DNA of 64,000 nt from an uncultured Candidatus Saccharibacteria bacterium (GCA_947085855.1 CAMTYB010000001.1:405788-469787), one strand, 5' to 3'. Positions 9,652 to 18,651 are shown, counted from the stretch's first letter. Notes: a model not told the origin generated them from the sequence alone. Translations and numbers: made by a program.

Positions 9652-10446
9652 ATGAGCTCGATAGCTACGAGTCCGCGACGTCTTGGCCTCCTGCCCTTCT
9701 GGACGGTGCTGCGTCGTGAATTGTCACGCTTTTGGGGTATAAAGCGACAAACTATTATCGGACCTGTCCTGGAGACGTATCTGTACATCAGCGTCTTTGG
9801 CGCATCGCTCGGCAGCCGCATCAGCGAACTGGATGGCTTCCGCTATATTATTTTCATTATACCTGGCCTACTAATGATGAGCTTCTCTATCAATATTTTC
9901 AGCAATAACGCCTCGTCAATCATGCAGCAAAAGCTGCAGCACTCGATTGACGACCAACTGGCTTCTCCGGTTACTAACACGCAGCTTCTGGCAGCGTTTG
10001 GCTTGGGCGGCTTTATACGATCAATGATCATTACGAGCATCACATTCTTGACCGCCTGGATACTGATACCCGATCTTCCAATGGAACACCCGTTCCTATT
10101 CATACTGAGCTTCTGTCTAATTGGCTTGTTCTTCGCCATGGCCGGTGTTTTGGTTGGCCTAAGATCTGAAAAGTTTGACGACCTCAGCTTGTACCAAACG
10201 TTCATACTACAGCCGTTAATCTTCTTGGGCGGAGTCTTTTACTCTGCTTCTTTGCTGCCGCCTGTGTTCGAAGCAATTACCCGATTCAACCCAATCTACT
10301 ACATGATTAATACGGTTCGCTACTCGATGCTTGGTTCAGCTGACGTCAATGTCGCGATCAGCTTGAGTGTAATCGGTGTTTTTGCCTTTGGCCTATTCGG
10401 TGTCAATTACGTCCTATTCAAGCGCGGCTACAAACTACGTAATTAA
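9652..10446 (+). CDS. ABC-2 type transporter permease
   Basis: The track ORF 9493..10446 was trimmed to the ATG at 9652 (MSSIATSPRR...), 8 nt after the ATPase stop. The product has six predicted TM helices, typical of ABC-2 permeases. Confidence 0.8.
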   Translation: MSSIATSPRRLGLLPFWTVLRRELSRFWGIKRQTIIGPVLETYLYISVFGASLGSRISELDGFRYIIFIIPGLLMMSFSINIFSNNASSIMQQKLQHSIDDQLASPVTNTQLLAAFGLGGFIRSMIITSITFLTAWILIPDLPMEHPFLFILSFCLIGLFFAMAGVLVGLRSEKFDDLSLYQTFILQPLIFLGGVFYSASLLPPVFEAITRFNPIYYMINTVRYSMLGSADVNVAISLSVIGVFAFGLFGVNYVLFKRGYKLRN

Positions 10447-10470
10447 TCTTCGAACCATACTTCGGCACAT

Positions 10471-10499
10471 TTAAAAAGGCACACTGTATGTGCCTTTTT
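10471..10499. terminator. bidirectional intrinsic terminator, hairpin unit 3
   Basis: ttaaaaaGGCACActgtaTGTGCCttttt, with an A-run upstream and T5 downstream. It lies between convergent genes. Confidence 0.75.
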
Positions 10500-10530
10500 A
10501 AGAAGTCGTAGGAAGTTATATTAGGACTCG

Positions 10531-10553
10531 TGGCACACTGCGTGTGCTCTTTT
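10531..10553 (+). repeat. hairpin unit 4 of the GCACAC-N3-GTGTGC family
   Basis: tgGCACACtgcGTGTGCtctttt. Positions 10532-10549 versus 8708-8725 are 17/18 identical. Confidence 0.7.
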
Positions 10554-10589
10554 GAATGTGCGCCTAACTAACCCCGACCCACTACTAGA

Positions 10590-11591
10590 CTATGGTTGCA
10601 GGGTTTCGTAGACGGCTTTTGATACATCAGCCATCTGACTCCATGATGCATCGTTGTTGGTCATGATGACTACTACGTATTGGTGCTGGCCAATAGTGAC
10701 AACTGCAGCATCGTGGCGTAGGCTCTTGTTTTCGTGAGCAATGTTGGCAACTAGGCAATCGGTTTGCTGTTCGCAGACTTTTGGGAGACCTTCGCGCTGG
10801 GTATGAGCATAGAGGCCATCAAAAACGATACGTCGAGCTTTGTCGCTGATCAGCTGACCCTTTTGAATTTGATACAGGAACTCGCCAACATCACGTGGTG
10901 TAGTTGCTTGCTTCTTGGCATCTTCAATTGTGGTCTTCTTGAAGCTATGACTTTCGAGTACTGAGTCAGCTTCTTTGATGTTAGCGTAGCCATTGAGCGA
11001 GCTATTGCAGCTCGGATCTTTGCCATTAATTAACGCTTCTAGACACTGAGCAATGGTTTGCTTACCAGCTCTGGAATTCCAGTTAGCTGATGGTGTTTTG
11101 GCTTCCAGCGGCAAAGTCAGGAATAAGTTCGCTAAGCTGCCAGCCTCAAAGCTCGTGTCGGCGTTTACACTGGCCATGCGATCAGACTTAACATCGCGGA
11201 TGTAAACTGACCACTTTTGCCCACCAGGCACGTTCTTGAGCTTGTTCTTAACTTGCTTGGCAAGTTGCTCATCTTCACGGGCTTTGGTGGTGGCATCTTT
11301 GAGCTTGTTGCTTGCCTCGTCAGATTCTTCTTGAGTATCGATAGGTCCGGTTTGTCGCTGCGAAGCTAGAGGTTTGTTTTGCTGATGTTTAGCATAAAGA
11401 TCGGCTAACTTCATGCCGCCCACCCCAATACCAGCAATAACTACCACCATGCTCATCATGCTGGCTGCCATTTGCAGTTTATTAGCTGCTCGTCGCTCCA
11501 ACACACCATGACCGTGGTTGAAATAATATACTTTTTTGCCGCGCCCCGTTAATAACCGAAACGGCATAAAACCTTTACCTTTAATTTTCAT
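10590..11591 (-). CDS. membrane-anchored protein with a class-A beta-lactamase-like (serine hydrolase) domain, tentative
   Basis: One TM helix (MMSMVVVIAGIGVGG). Then WSVYIRDVKSDRMASVNADTSFEAGSLANLF resembles the beta-lactamase2 N-terminal motif, but with S-L-A-N in place of S-x-x-K. ...NKSLRHDAAVV resembles the KTG region. Confidence 0.4.
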   Translation of the reverse strand: MKIKGKGFMPFRLLTGRGKKVYYFNHGHGVLERRAANKLQMAASMMSMVVVIAGIGVGGMKLADLYAKHQQNKPLASQRQTGPIDTQEESDEASNKLKDATTKAREDEQLAKQVKNKLKNVPGGQKWSVYIRDVKSDRMASVNADTSFEAGSLANLFLTLPLEAKTPSANWNSRAGKQTIAQCLEALINGKDPSCNSSLNGYANIKEADSVLESHSFKKTTIEDAKKQATTPRDVGEFLYQIQKGQLISDKARRIVFDGLYAHTQREGLPKVCEQQTDCLVANIAHENKSLRHDAAVVTIGQHQYVVVIMTNNDASWSQMADVSKAVYETLQP

Positions 11592-11978
11592 TTTTGTCTC
11601 TTTTTGTTAGCTTTTTAGCTTTGGTTTTAACACGCCTGCATAGGGCGTGCATTGTTTATGAAAATTGTTTTATTTTTTGAGTTTTGGTTTTTGCGTTTGT
11701 TTCAGTATTGGATTTGGCATTTAATTTTGCTTTTTATTTCTCCAAGTACTAAGTCCAACATACCATACCCTTTTTGCCGCCTGCAAGTCTTTTTTGCTCA
11801 CGCTTTATAGGCCGGCACGGCACAACCAAATAGTATCCAGTTCCACCAAACGTATACAAATTTTATTACTACCCCTACCCCTGTTATTAAGATAGTGTGG
11901 CCTGCGCTTTAGCGCCACGACTCATTTGTGTGTCCGTAAGTTTTCCACAGTACACAAAAATTTAGTCAGGGCGTCTGC

Positions 11979-12713
11979 CTACAAAACATGCAACACGTAA
12001 AATCGTTCTTTGTTGCCCTTTTGCCCGCTGACTTGGCTATCGGCTTTGTCGATAATTTTAAAATATTGCTTAGTCCATGACTCAAAATCCTTAAGGATGT
12101 CTCGCCGTAGTTTTTCGTTTTTAATTACACCTTTGTGCTTAACGGCACTATTGCTGGCTTCAAACTGCGGCTTAACCATAGCAATGATCTGCGCCCCAGC
12201 TGGCACCAACTGAGCTATATGCGGCAATACGTCTCGCAAAGATATAAACGACACATCAATGACTACATAATCAACCGGTCGACTCAGTTCTTTTATGTCT
12301 CGAATGTCAGTCTGCTCATGCAATTCAATCTGCGGATGATGTCGCAACGTTGGATGCAGTTGATTAGAACCAACGTCCACCGCTATGACATAGTCCGCAC
12401 CTTTCTGAAGCGCATAATCAGTAAAGCCACCAGTACTACTGCCGACATCCAGCACTACCTTACCCCGAAAATCGAGCTTAAATAGCGCGCTCACTGATGC
12501 CAGTTTGAGCCCAGCTCGGGACACATATTGTTCAGTTGCTGTCAGCTTAATCGAGTCACTGCCTGTTACCATGTGTCCAGGTTTGGTAATAACTTTATTG
12601 TTAACCTTGACTGAGCCAAGTCGAATAAAACTTTCAGCTTGACTACGAGTTGGCACGAGGCCTTGGGCTACAACAGCTTGATCGAGTCGAAGCTTGTTAC
12701 TTTTTTCGCTCAC
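11979..12713 (-). CDS. tlyA: TlyA family rRNA 2'-O-methyltransferase (S4 domain + FtsJ-like)
   Basis: N-terminal S4-like RLDQAVVAQGLVPTRSQAESFIRLGSVKVN followed by the SAM motif VLDVGSSTGGFTDYAL. Confidence 0.85.
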   Translation of the reverse strand: MSEKSNKLRLDQAVVAQGLVPTRSQAESFIRLGSVKVNNKVITKPGHMVTGSDSIKLTATEQYVSRAGLKLASVSALFKLDFRGKVVLDVGSSTGGFTDYALQKGADYVIAVDVGSNQLHPTLRHHPQIELHEQTDIRDIKELSRPVDYVVIDVSFISLRDVLPHIAQLVPAGAQIIAMVKPQFEASNSAVKHKGVIKNEKLRRDILKDFESWTKQYFKIIDKADSQVSGQKGNKERFYVLHVL

Positions 12714-13260
12714 GGTAGGCGCCTGTCGCCGTGTCTACACTAATGACATCGCCGGTTTTAATAAAAGCTGGCACCTTCACATTGACTCCAGTTTCGAGCG
12801 TTGCGTCTTTGGTTAGTGCTGAGGTCGTATCCCCTTTGACCACATCCTCAGTATAGGTAACTTCTAGGAAAACATTTTTTGGTAGTTCTACGCTAATGAC
12901 ATGCCCGTTAAATGATTGCGTTTGCACGCGGTCACCTTCTTTGAGGAAGCGAGCTTGGTCGCCAACAATATCGGCTGCTATTTCGTGCTGCTCAAAGCTC
13001 GTCTCGTCCATGAAGAAGTAAACAGCGCCATCGTTATAAAGATACTGGGCGTTGCCATTACTGACGTCAGCTGCTTTGAGCTGCTCGTTGCCCTTGAAGG
13101 TTTTTTCTAGAACTTTGCCATCGGTAAGACTTTTGATTTTGACGTTAACAATGGAGCCACCGCGACCGACAACTTTTTGGCCATATTCAATAACCCGGTA
13201 CGGAGTACCTTCAAATTCAAAAATAGTGCCTTTTTTTAGATCGGTTACACCGAGGGCCAT
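12697..13260 (-). CDS. efp: elongation factor P
   Basis: 187 aa with DLKKGTIFEFEGTPYRVIEYGQKVVGRGGSIVNVKIKSL, a typical EF-P N-terminal domain. Confidence 0.95.
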   Translation of the reverse strand: MALGVTDLKKGTIFEFEGTPYRVIEYGQKVVGRGGSIVNVKIKSLTDGKVLEKTFKGNEQLKAADVSNGNAQYLYNDGAVYFFMDETSFEQHEIAADIVGDQARFLKEGDRVQTQSFNGHVISVELPKNVFLEVTYTEDVVKGDTTSALTKDATLETGVNVKVPAFIKTGDVISVDTATGAYRERKK

Positions 13261-13269
13261 GTTAACTCC

Positions 13270-13551
13270 TTATTTAATCTTGCGTAGTTGTTCTCTAAAA
13301 TGCTCAGCCAAGCGCGCCAATTCAAGCGTGTGATGGTGACTAATGGCCTGACTGCTGCCAGCGTGTTCGACTAAACGAATAACCTGCTTTAATCGATCAT
13401 CAATACTGTGCGGGTTCTTCCGAACTTGCACATCGTCTTCTAAGCGCTGTACTTCTTGCTTTAAGGCTTGAGCTGCTGGGCTACTGTGGTCATCGATATA
13501 ACCAAGCACCTTACTCTGGTACGCCAGAATATTACGATAGTACTGATCCAT
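13270..13551 (-). CDS. hypothetical small helical protein (93 aa)
   Basis: ORF with an aggagg SD, located between rpsR and efp. No recognisable motif. Confidence 0.5.
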   Translation of the reverse strand: MDQYYRNILAYQSKVLGYIDDHSSPAAQALKQEVQRLEDDVQVRKNPHSIDDRLKQVIRLVEHAGSSQAISHHHTLELARLAEHFREQLRKIK

Positions 13552-13589
13552 AGAACCTCCTAGCTGATATATACCTAGTATATAGAGCT

Positions 13590-13793
13590 TTAGTTGCTGG
13601 CTACAAATGGTAGCAAGGCGATATGACGTGATCGCTTGATAGCAACTGCCAAACGGCGTTGCTGACTTTCGGTCAAGCCGGTCTTCTTGCGGGTTTCAAT
13701 CTGACCGTATTGGTTTACGTAACGCTGAAGCGTCTTGAAATCCTTGTAGTCGAAGTACGGTACATCCGTACGGTGTTTAAAAATCTTTGCCAT
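13590..13793 (-). CDS. rpsR: 30S ribosomal protein S18
   Basis: 67 aa with ...DYKDFKTLQRYVNQYGQIETRKKTGLTESQQRRLAVAIKRSRHIALLPF. Confidence 0.9.
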   Translation of the reverse strand: MAKIFKHRTDVPYFDYKDFKTLQRYVNQYGQIETRKKTGLTESQQRRLAVAIKRSRHIALLPFVASN

Positions 13794-13819
13794 GTTTTAG
13801 ATAACTCCTTGAACTTTAC

Positions 13820-14287
13820 TTAAAATGGAATGTCGTCGAGATTGATTGGTTCGTCGCCAATATCTTCAATCGCGACGTCTTTGTCTTTTGATTTCTTGGT
13901 TGAAGAACTAGCAGGGCCATCAGCAGGTGGGGCTGGGGCTGAATCGCCACCTTCACCACGACCACCGAGGAAGGTTACATCAGATGCAACAACTTCGAGC
14001 TTATTGCGCTTCTGGCCGTCTTGTTCCCACTGTCGGCTTTGCAAACGACCGCTAACCAATACTGGTCGGCCTTTGGTAACATACTGGGCTACACGCTCAC
14101 CGAGCGGTCCCCAAGCAACTACATCTACGTAGTCAGTGGCTTCTTGCCAGTTACCGTCTTTGTCTTTGTAGCTCCGGTTGAGTGCAAGACTGAAACTAGT
14201 AACAGATTGTCCGCTTGGAATCTGTCGTAAATCTGGGTCTCGCGTTAGATTGCCCATTAATACTACTTGATTAAAACTTCTTGCCAT
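13820..14287 (-). CDS. ssb: single-stranded DNA-binding protein
   Basis: OB-fold N-terminus NQVVLMGNLTRDPDLRQ, a Gly/Pro-rich linker and the acidic tail ...NLDDIPF. Confidence 0.95.
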   Translation of the reverse strand: MARSFNQVVLMGNLTRDPDLRQIPSGQSVTSFSLALNRSYKDKDGNWQEATDYVDVVAWGPLGERVAQYVTKGRPVLVSGRLQSRQWEQDGQKRNKLEVVASDVTFLGGRGEGGDSAPAPPADGPASSSTKKSKDKDVAIEDIGDEPINLDDIPF

Positions 14288-14376
14288 CCCTATTACCTAT
14301 TTCCCTCTCCTCAATAACTTAGTAATGCTACTCGTCATAGTATACGTCGAATATTAAAAGCTTATTAAGCAATCGG

Positions 14377-14757
14377 CTATTCTTGTGTTTTGGCTTCTTC
14401 GTCGCTATTGCCACCTCGAGCTTGGGCTTTAGCGACTTTTTCAGCACGCAAAGCTTCGGCTTTTTCGATAGCCTTGAAGTCTGGCCGAGTAATCAAGTAA
14501 CGAATCACTTCGTCGGTGATGTTGAGAATTGACTCAACTTTCTTGACGCTCTCACCAGGCAGTTGGACGGTGTAAAACACATAAACAGCATGATCTTGCT
14601 TGGCAATTGTATATGCTAGTTTACGCTTGCCCCAGCTGTCTGTCTTTTCAACCTTACCACCGTTATCAGTAAAGATCTTCTCTACTTTTGCTTGTGGTTT
14701 CGTAAGATCGATTTCTAGATCTGGATGAAACAAGATTGCAATCTCGTATGTATTCAT
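14377..14757 (-). CDS. rpsF: 30S ribosomal protein S6
   Basis: MNTYEIAILFHPDLE... The start was trimmed to the ATG at 14757, which is preceded by an aaaggag SD. Confidence 0.9.
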   Translation of the reverse strand: MNTYEIAILFHPDLEIDLTKPQAKVEKIFTDNGGKVEKTDSWGKRKLAYTIAKQDHAVYVFYTVQLPGESVKKVESILNITDEVIRYLITRPDFKAIEKAEALRAEKVAKAQARGGNSDEEAKTQE

Positions 14758-14819
14758 CTGTACTCCTTTGGTTAACGTCCGCACGCTCTAAGGCTGCGAA
14801 CTGAGTTAATAATCTGCTT

Positions 14820-14848
14820 ATTCTACCTTTTTTACCTCTGTTAGTCAA
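14820..14848 (-). promoter_or_regulatory. candidate promoter of the rpsF-ssb-rpsR operon (TTGACT-17-TAGAAT on minus strand)
   Basis: The reverse complement of 14843-14848 is TTGACT and of 14820-14825 is TAGAAT, with a 17-nt spacer. Confidence 0.5.
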
Positions 14849-14865
14849 GGGCTCAAAGGCTTGCG

Positions 14866-15645
14866 TTATGCGACTTCAAGTCGTTCTTGCATTGTCCTGT
14901 AGTAATCCGGGTAGTAATCGCCGGTAAAGAAGTTGCCGACTGTCCGGAATACACGTCTAACTTGATCACCCATGATGCCCAGTTCATGTAAATCTTGCGC
15001 CGGAACAACTTCTTTAACCGTCTGAATCGAGGCCAGATGAAGGATAGCATTCCCAAGCCGAGCTTTATCGGCTGGCGACGTTCTGGAACTCAAAAACTTA
15101 TCGACGAGTGGCTTATTATCAATTAAAGCCCTGATGTCCTTCTGTAGAGCATAGTCAGCGAAGAACCTACCGATTTCTCTACGTCGCTTTTGGTTACGAG
15201 TTGGGTGGTGAGCCATCTCAATATTAGTTATTGGCGGGCGAGATAACCAATTTCGGTCGTCAGCTGATAGATTTACGACAGAGTAATCTCCATAGTAATT
15301 ATTAAGATCTATGGCCTTTAGCGGCATAACTCGAGCGCATGAAAGTACCGTTAGTTTAAATCTCTCTTCGTCAGTCTGCGGCAATGGTGGGCCCGCAAAC
15401 AATTTGTGATAACGCTTGTGAAGATATTCTTCTAGTACTTGACCACGAGAAAAACGTAGAGCTCGTCCACCCAACGTCCCCCTGGATAGTTCCGGTGCTC
15501 TTTCTGGATGAAAATGATGATGGAAGGTTCGTGGAAAATCAAGCTCGCGCATCTCTGCTTCAGCAGGCGCAATAGGTAATGGCAAGCCTGTCAGTTCACA
15601 GGTTGGCGTTGGTATTTTGAGTGCTTTTTCGATTTCTATGGTCAC
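14866..15645 (-). CDS. hypothetical protein (259 aa) with a His cluster FHHHFHPE
   Basis: Long ORF between ftsK and the rpsF operon. No confident family assignment. Confidence 0.6.
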   Translation of the reverse strand: MTIEIEKALKIPTPTCELTGLPLPIAPAEAEMRELDFPRTFHHHFHPERAPELSRGTLGGRALRFSRGQVLEEYLHKRYHKLFAGPPLPQTDEERFKLTVLSCARVMPLKAIDLNNYYGDYSVVNLSADDRNWLSRPPITNIEMAHHPTRNQKRRREIGRFFADYALQKDIRALIDNKPLVDKFLSSRTSPADKARLGNAILHLASIQTVKEVVPAQDLHELGIMGDQVRRVFRTVGNFFTGDYYPDYYRTMQERLEVA

Positions 15646-15716
15646 GCTTCCGTCTCACTGCGTTACCTTGGTCTCCATTGGTACTATATGAATATATGTT
15701 AAAAAGCTCAAGTAAA

Positions 15717-17954
15717 TTAGCGCGCTAAATAGTTATCTTTAGGGTTTTCATCTGGCATGTCGTCATAGACATCGCCGTCAGGATTTGCTGCGACTTCGCC
15801 ACCACCAAAGACATCATCCATACTATTGACCAAGACATCGCGCGGTCGTGAGCCATCAGCTGGGCCAACAATGCCCTGCTCTTCCATTGATTCGACTAAA
15901 CGAGCAGCGCGGGCGTAGCCTACGCGCAAACGGCGTTGTAGTAGGCTCGTACTAGCTTTGCGACCTTCGATGACAACTCGGACGGCATCGCGCCATAGAT
16001 CGTCTTCAGCTTCGCCACCGGGTCCCATATCGGCTACAACGCCCCCGCGACCATTCAGCTGGACTGGTTGGCTCACAACCTCGTCGTCGTATTGTGGAGC
16101 TCGCTGGTCACGGATAAAGTTAGTGACCTTACCGGTTTCTTTGTCTGATATAAAGGCAGCTTGAACACGCTTAGGTTTAGGCATGTCACTCGTCAGAAGC
16201 AACATGTCACCTCGTCCGAGCAACTTCTCGGCACCAGCTTGGTCAATAATAGTTCGTGAGTCGACTTGGCTCGCGACAGTAAAAGCAATTCTGGCCGGTA
16301 CGTTAGCCTTGATGAGACCGGTGATGATATCGACACTTGGACGCTGGGTGGCCAAGACAAGGTGAATACCAGCTGCACGAGCCTTCTGAGCTAGGCGCAC
16401 AATCAAGGCTTCAACATCACGGGCGGCCATCATCATAAGGTCGGCTAGCTCATCAATCACGATCACGATGTAAGGCATGCCCTCTTCTTTTTTAAAATCG
16501 TTATATTCGACAATGTTGCGCTTACTAACTTCAGCCATGGTGCGCAAACGGCGTTCCATCTCGGCTACCGCCCACTTAAGAGCACTGATGCACTTTTCCG
16601 GTTCATTAATCACTGGCGTCAACAGATGAGGTAAATCATTATACGGAGCCAGCTCGACTTGCTTGGGGTCTACCAAGATAAGCTTAAGATCAGATGGCGA
16701 GTTGCGGTACAGCAAGCTCGTCAAAATGTCGTTGATCATGACCGATTTACCAGAACCAGTTTGACCAGCTACCAGCAAGTGAGGCATCTTCGCTAAGTCA
16801 CCGACAATTGGCAACCCGGCAATGTCGCGACCAATTGCAAATGACAGCGGGCTACTACTCTTTGACTGCCAGTCAGGTGTCGTCAAAATACCACTCATAC
16901 GAACTGTGGCCGGCTTAACGTTCGGTACTTCTATGCCAACTAAGCGTTTGCCCGGAATCGGTGCTTCTATACGAATGGAGTGCGCAGCTAAATCAAGTGC
17001 TAGGTTGTTGTCCAAGGCAGTAATTTTGGTTAATTTTACTCCTGTTGGCGGTTTCAGGGTGTACTGCGTAACTCGTGGGCCAACGTTGGCACCTTCCATC
17101 TCAACCTGAATATTGAAGTTATTGAAAGTATCCTGAATGGTCTGAGCGTTGCCTTCAACATCACCGGCATCGGCCTTATCTTGTTTCTGATCAAGTAAAT
17201 CAATGCTTGGAAATTTCCAATCCGGATCACTCGCAACGGTAAGTGCTTCATGATTCTCGCTATGAGCCATTTTGTGGGCCGTATTTTTAAGACTAGAAAG
17301 ACGATGTGGCTGCTTACCCGTTTCGTTCCTGGCAGAGTGAACAGTCGGCACACCTTCATTTAACTTAAATTGGCGCTCTGTGTTGGTTTTGAGCGACTCA
17401 AGATCGGTATCTTCTTTTTTATCCTGTTGGAATGGCTTCAATAAAATTTTGAGCGAAATATTAAATGAAACCAGGAACAAGACTATCGATAAGACCAGGA
17501 ATACAAAACTTGCCGGGATCTTGTCGAGCGCCTGCAAAAAGACACCACCGACGACCGCTCCGGCGTGGCCACCGTGGCCACCCGCGTCAACATTCATAGC
17601 GTCATTGCTGTCAGCAAATAACGTATGCATGAGCGCTGACAATGCTAGTATCAGCCCCACCATACTCCATAGCTTACCGATCGGTATACGATTGTTTTCG
17701 CTCGTAAATTTATTAATTGCCAGGTACAGCAAAGCAAACGGCACCAGGTATGCAATATATCCAAACGCCCAGTAAAGACCTTCAAACATATTAACCGGCA
17801 GTGGACCACCGGCACCAAAGCCACCAGGGATAAGTAAAACAGCTAAAACGGCCATGAAAATGGCGGCGCTTAAGGGCCAAAAACCAGAAGGATCGCGAAC
17901 GACAGGTTCTGCGACTTTTTTCCGGGTCGATTTAGCTTTTTTTCTTTTTGCCAT
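15717..17954 (-). CDS. ftsK: DNA translocase FtsK
   Basis: N-terminal TM helices, Walker A VAGQTGSGKS, Walker B VIVIDELADLMM and a C-terminal gamma winged-helix (LLQRRLRVGYARAARLVESMEEQGIV). Confidence 0.95.
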   Translation of the reverse strand: MAKRKKAKSTRKKVAEPVVRDPSGFWPLSAAIFMAVLAVLLIPGGFGAGGPLPVNMFEGLYWAFGYIAYLVPFALLYLAINKFTSENNRIPIGKLWSMVGLILALSALMHTLFADSNDAMNVDAGGHGGHAGAVVGGVFLQALDKIPASFVFLVLSIVLFLVSFNISLKILLKPFQQDKKEDTDLESLKTNTERQFKLNEGVPTVHSARNETGKQPHRLSSLKNTAHKMAHSENHEALTVASDPDWKFPSIDLLDQKQDKADAGDVEGNAQTIQDTFNNFNIQVEMEGANVGPRVTQYTLKPPTGVKLTKITALDNNLALDLAAHSIRIEAPIPGKRLVGIEVPNVKPATVRMSGILTTPDWQSKSSSPLSFAIGRDIAGLPIVGDLAKMPHLLVAGQTGSGKSVMINDILTSLLYRNSPSDLKLILVDPKQVELAPYNDLPHLLTPVINEPEKCISALKWAVAEMERRLRTMAEVSKRNIVEYNDFKKEEGMPYIVIVIDELADLMMMAARDVEALIVRLAQKARAAGIHLVLATQRPSVDIITGLIKANVPARIAFTVASQVDSRTIIDQAGAEKLLGRGDMLLLTSDMPKPKRVQAAFISDKETGKVTNFIRDQRAPQYDDEVVSQPVQLNGRGGVVADMGPGGEAEDDLWRDAVRVVIEGRKASTSLLQRRLRVGYARAARLVESMEEQGIVGPADGSRPRDVLVNSMDDVFGGGEVAANPDGDVYDDMPDENPKDNYLAR

Positions 17955-17965
17955 TATTTACCCTC

Positions 17966-18010
17966 ATTGTACTCGCTTATCTGTTGATTCGCTATAGTAA
18001 TGAGTACAAT
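17966..18010 (-). promoter_or_regulatory. 5'-UTR stem-loop of ftsK (9-bp inverted repeat ATTGTACTC/GAGTACAAT)
   Basis: Positions 17966-17974 and 18002-18010 are perfect reverse complements. On the mRNA the 3' arm abuts the gaggg SD. Confidence 0.5.
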
Positions 18011-18019
18011 TCACCTTAA

Positions 18020-18048
18020 ATTGTAGCATAAAATACTACAAAAGTCAA
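18020..18048 (-). promoter_or_regulatory. candidate ftsK promoter (TTGACT-17-TACAAT on minus strand)
   Basis: The reverse complement of 18043-18048 is TTGACT and of 18020-18025 is TACAAT, with a 17-nt spacer. Confidence 0.55.
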
Positions 18049-18080
18049 TAAACACTGGCCAAATATAGACACCCCTTATA

Positions 18081-18109
18081 TTGCAAATTGGTAATAAATC
18101 TGGTAAAAT
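18081..18109 (+). promoter_or_regulatory. candidate promoter TTGCAA-17-TAAAAT
   Basis: Reads toward the ORF starting at 18151. Its position argues against the track start at 18088. Confidence 0.4.
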
Positions 18110-18150
18110 ATCGAGTTGAAAGTTACCAGAAGATATTAAAAAATAGTAGT

Positions 18151-18651
18151 ATGAGCCTTCAAAAAGATCCCAATACAGCAACCTTTGGTAAAGAAAGAGG
18201 CCCTCTTCCTGAGGCGAATTTTTTTAGTGATGTGCAACACTTCAATGAAGTAGTTCACGATCAAGCTACTGTGGCTCTCGCTCAGATTAATGGCCAAGCT
18301 CCTGTGGACGGATCGATTCATCATACGCTACTACTGGCTGCTCCATCTGCCGAGGATAAAAACCGCGAGGACTGGTATATGCGCAAAGTCGGCGCCACAA
18401 CCGTGCAGCAGGCCAAGCAGCCACTTGTTTTAGAATATCTTCACGCCGATTCGCGTGCCATTACAGATGAAAGACGCGAAGATCCTAACCCAAATCGCCG
18501 TCTAGACAACTACGCGATGCAGCTTGTCTTCCGAGTCGGTCAAGTGGCTAATGACGGCAATAATGGTCGGACTACACCTTTGAACAGAGCGCCACGTCGT
18601 GGCAGCCACGGACGACCTAATCGACCCGGGCATCCTGATTCAGCAGCTTAG
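18151..18651 (+). CDS. hypothetical protein (166 aa), weakly supported
   Basis: Track ORF trimmed to ATG 18151 (MSLQKDPNT...). No clear SD. The 3' end overlaps the rnj 3' end by 35 nt. Confidence 0.4.
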   Translation: MSLQKDPNTATFGKERGPLPEANFFSDVQHFNEVVHDQATVALAQINGQAPVDGSIHHTLLLAAPSAEDKNREDWYMRKVGATTVQQAKQPLVLEYLHADSRAITDERREDPNPNRRLDNYAMQLVFRVGQVANDGNNGRTTPLNRAPRRGSHGRPNRPGHPDSAA

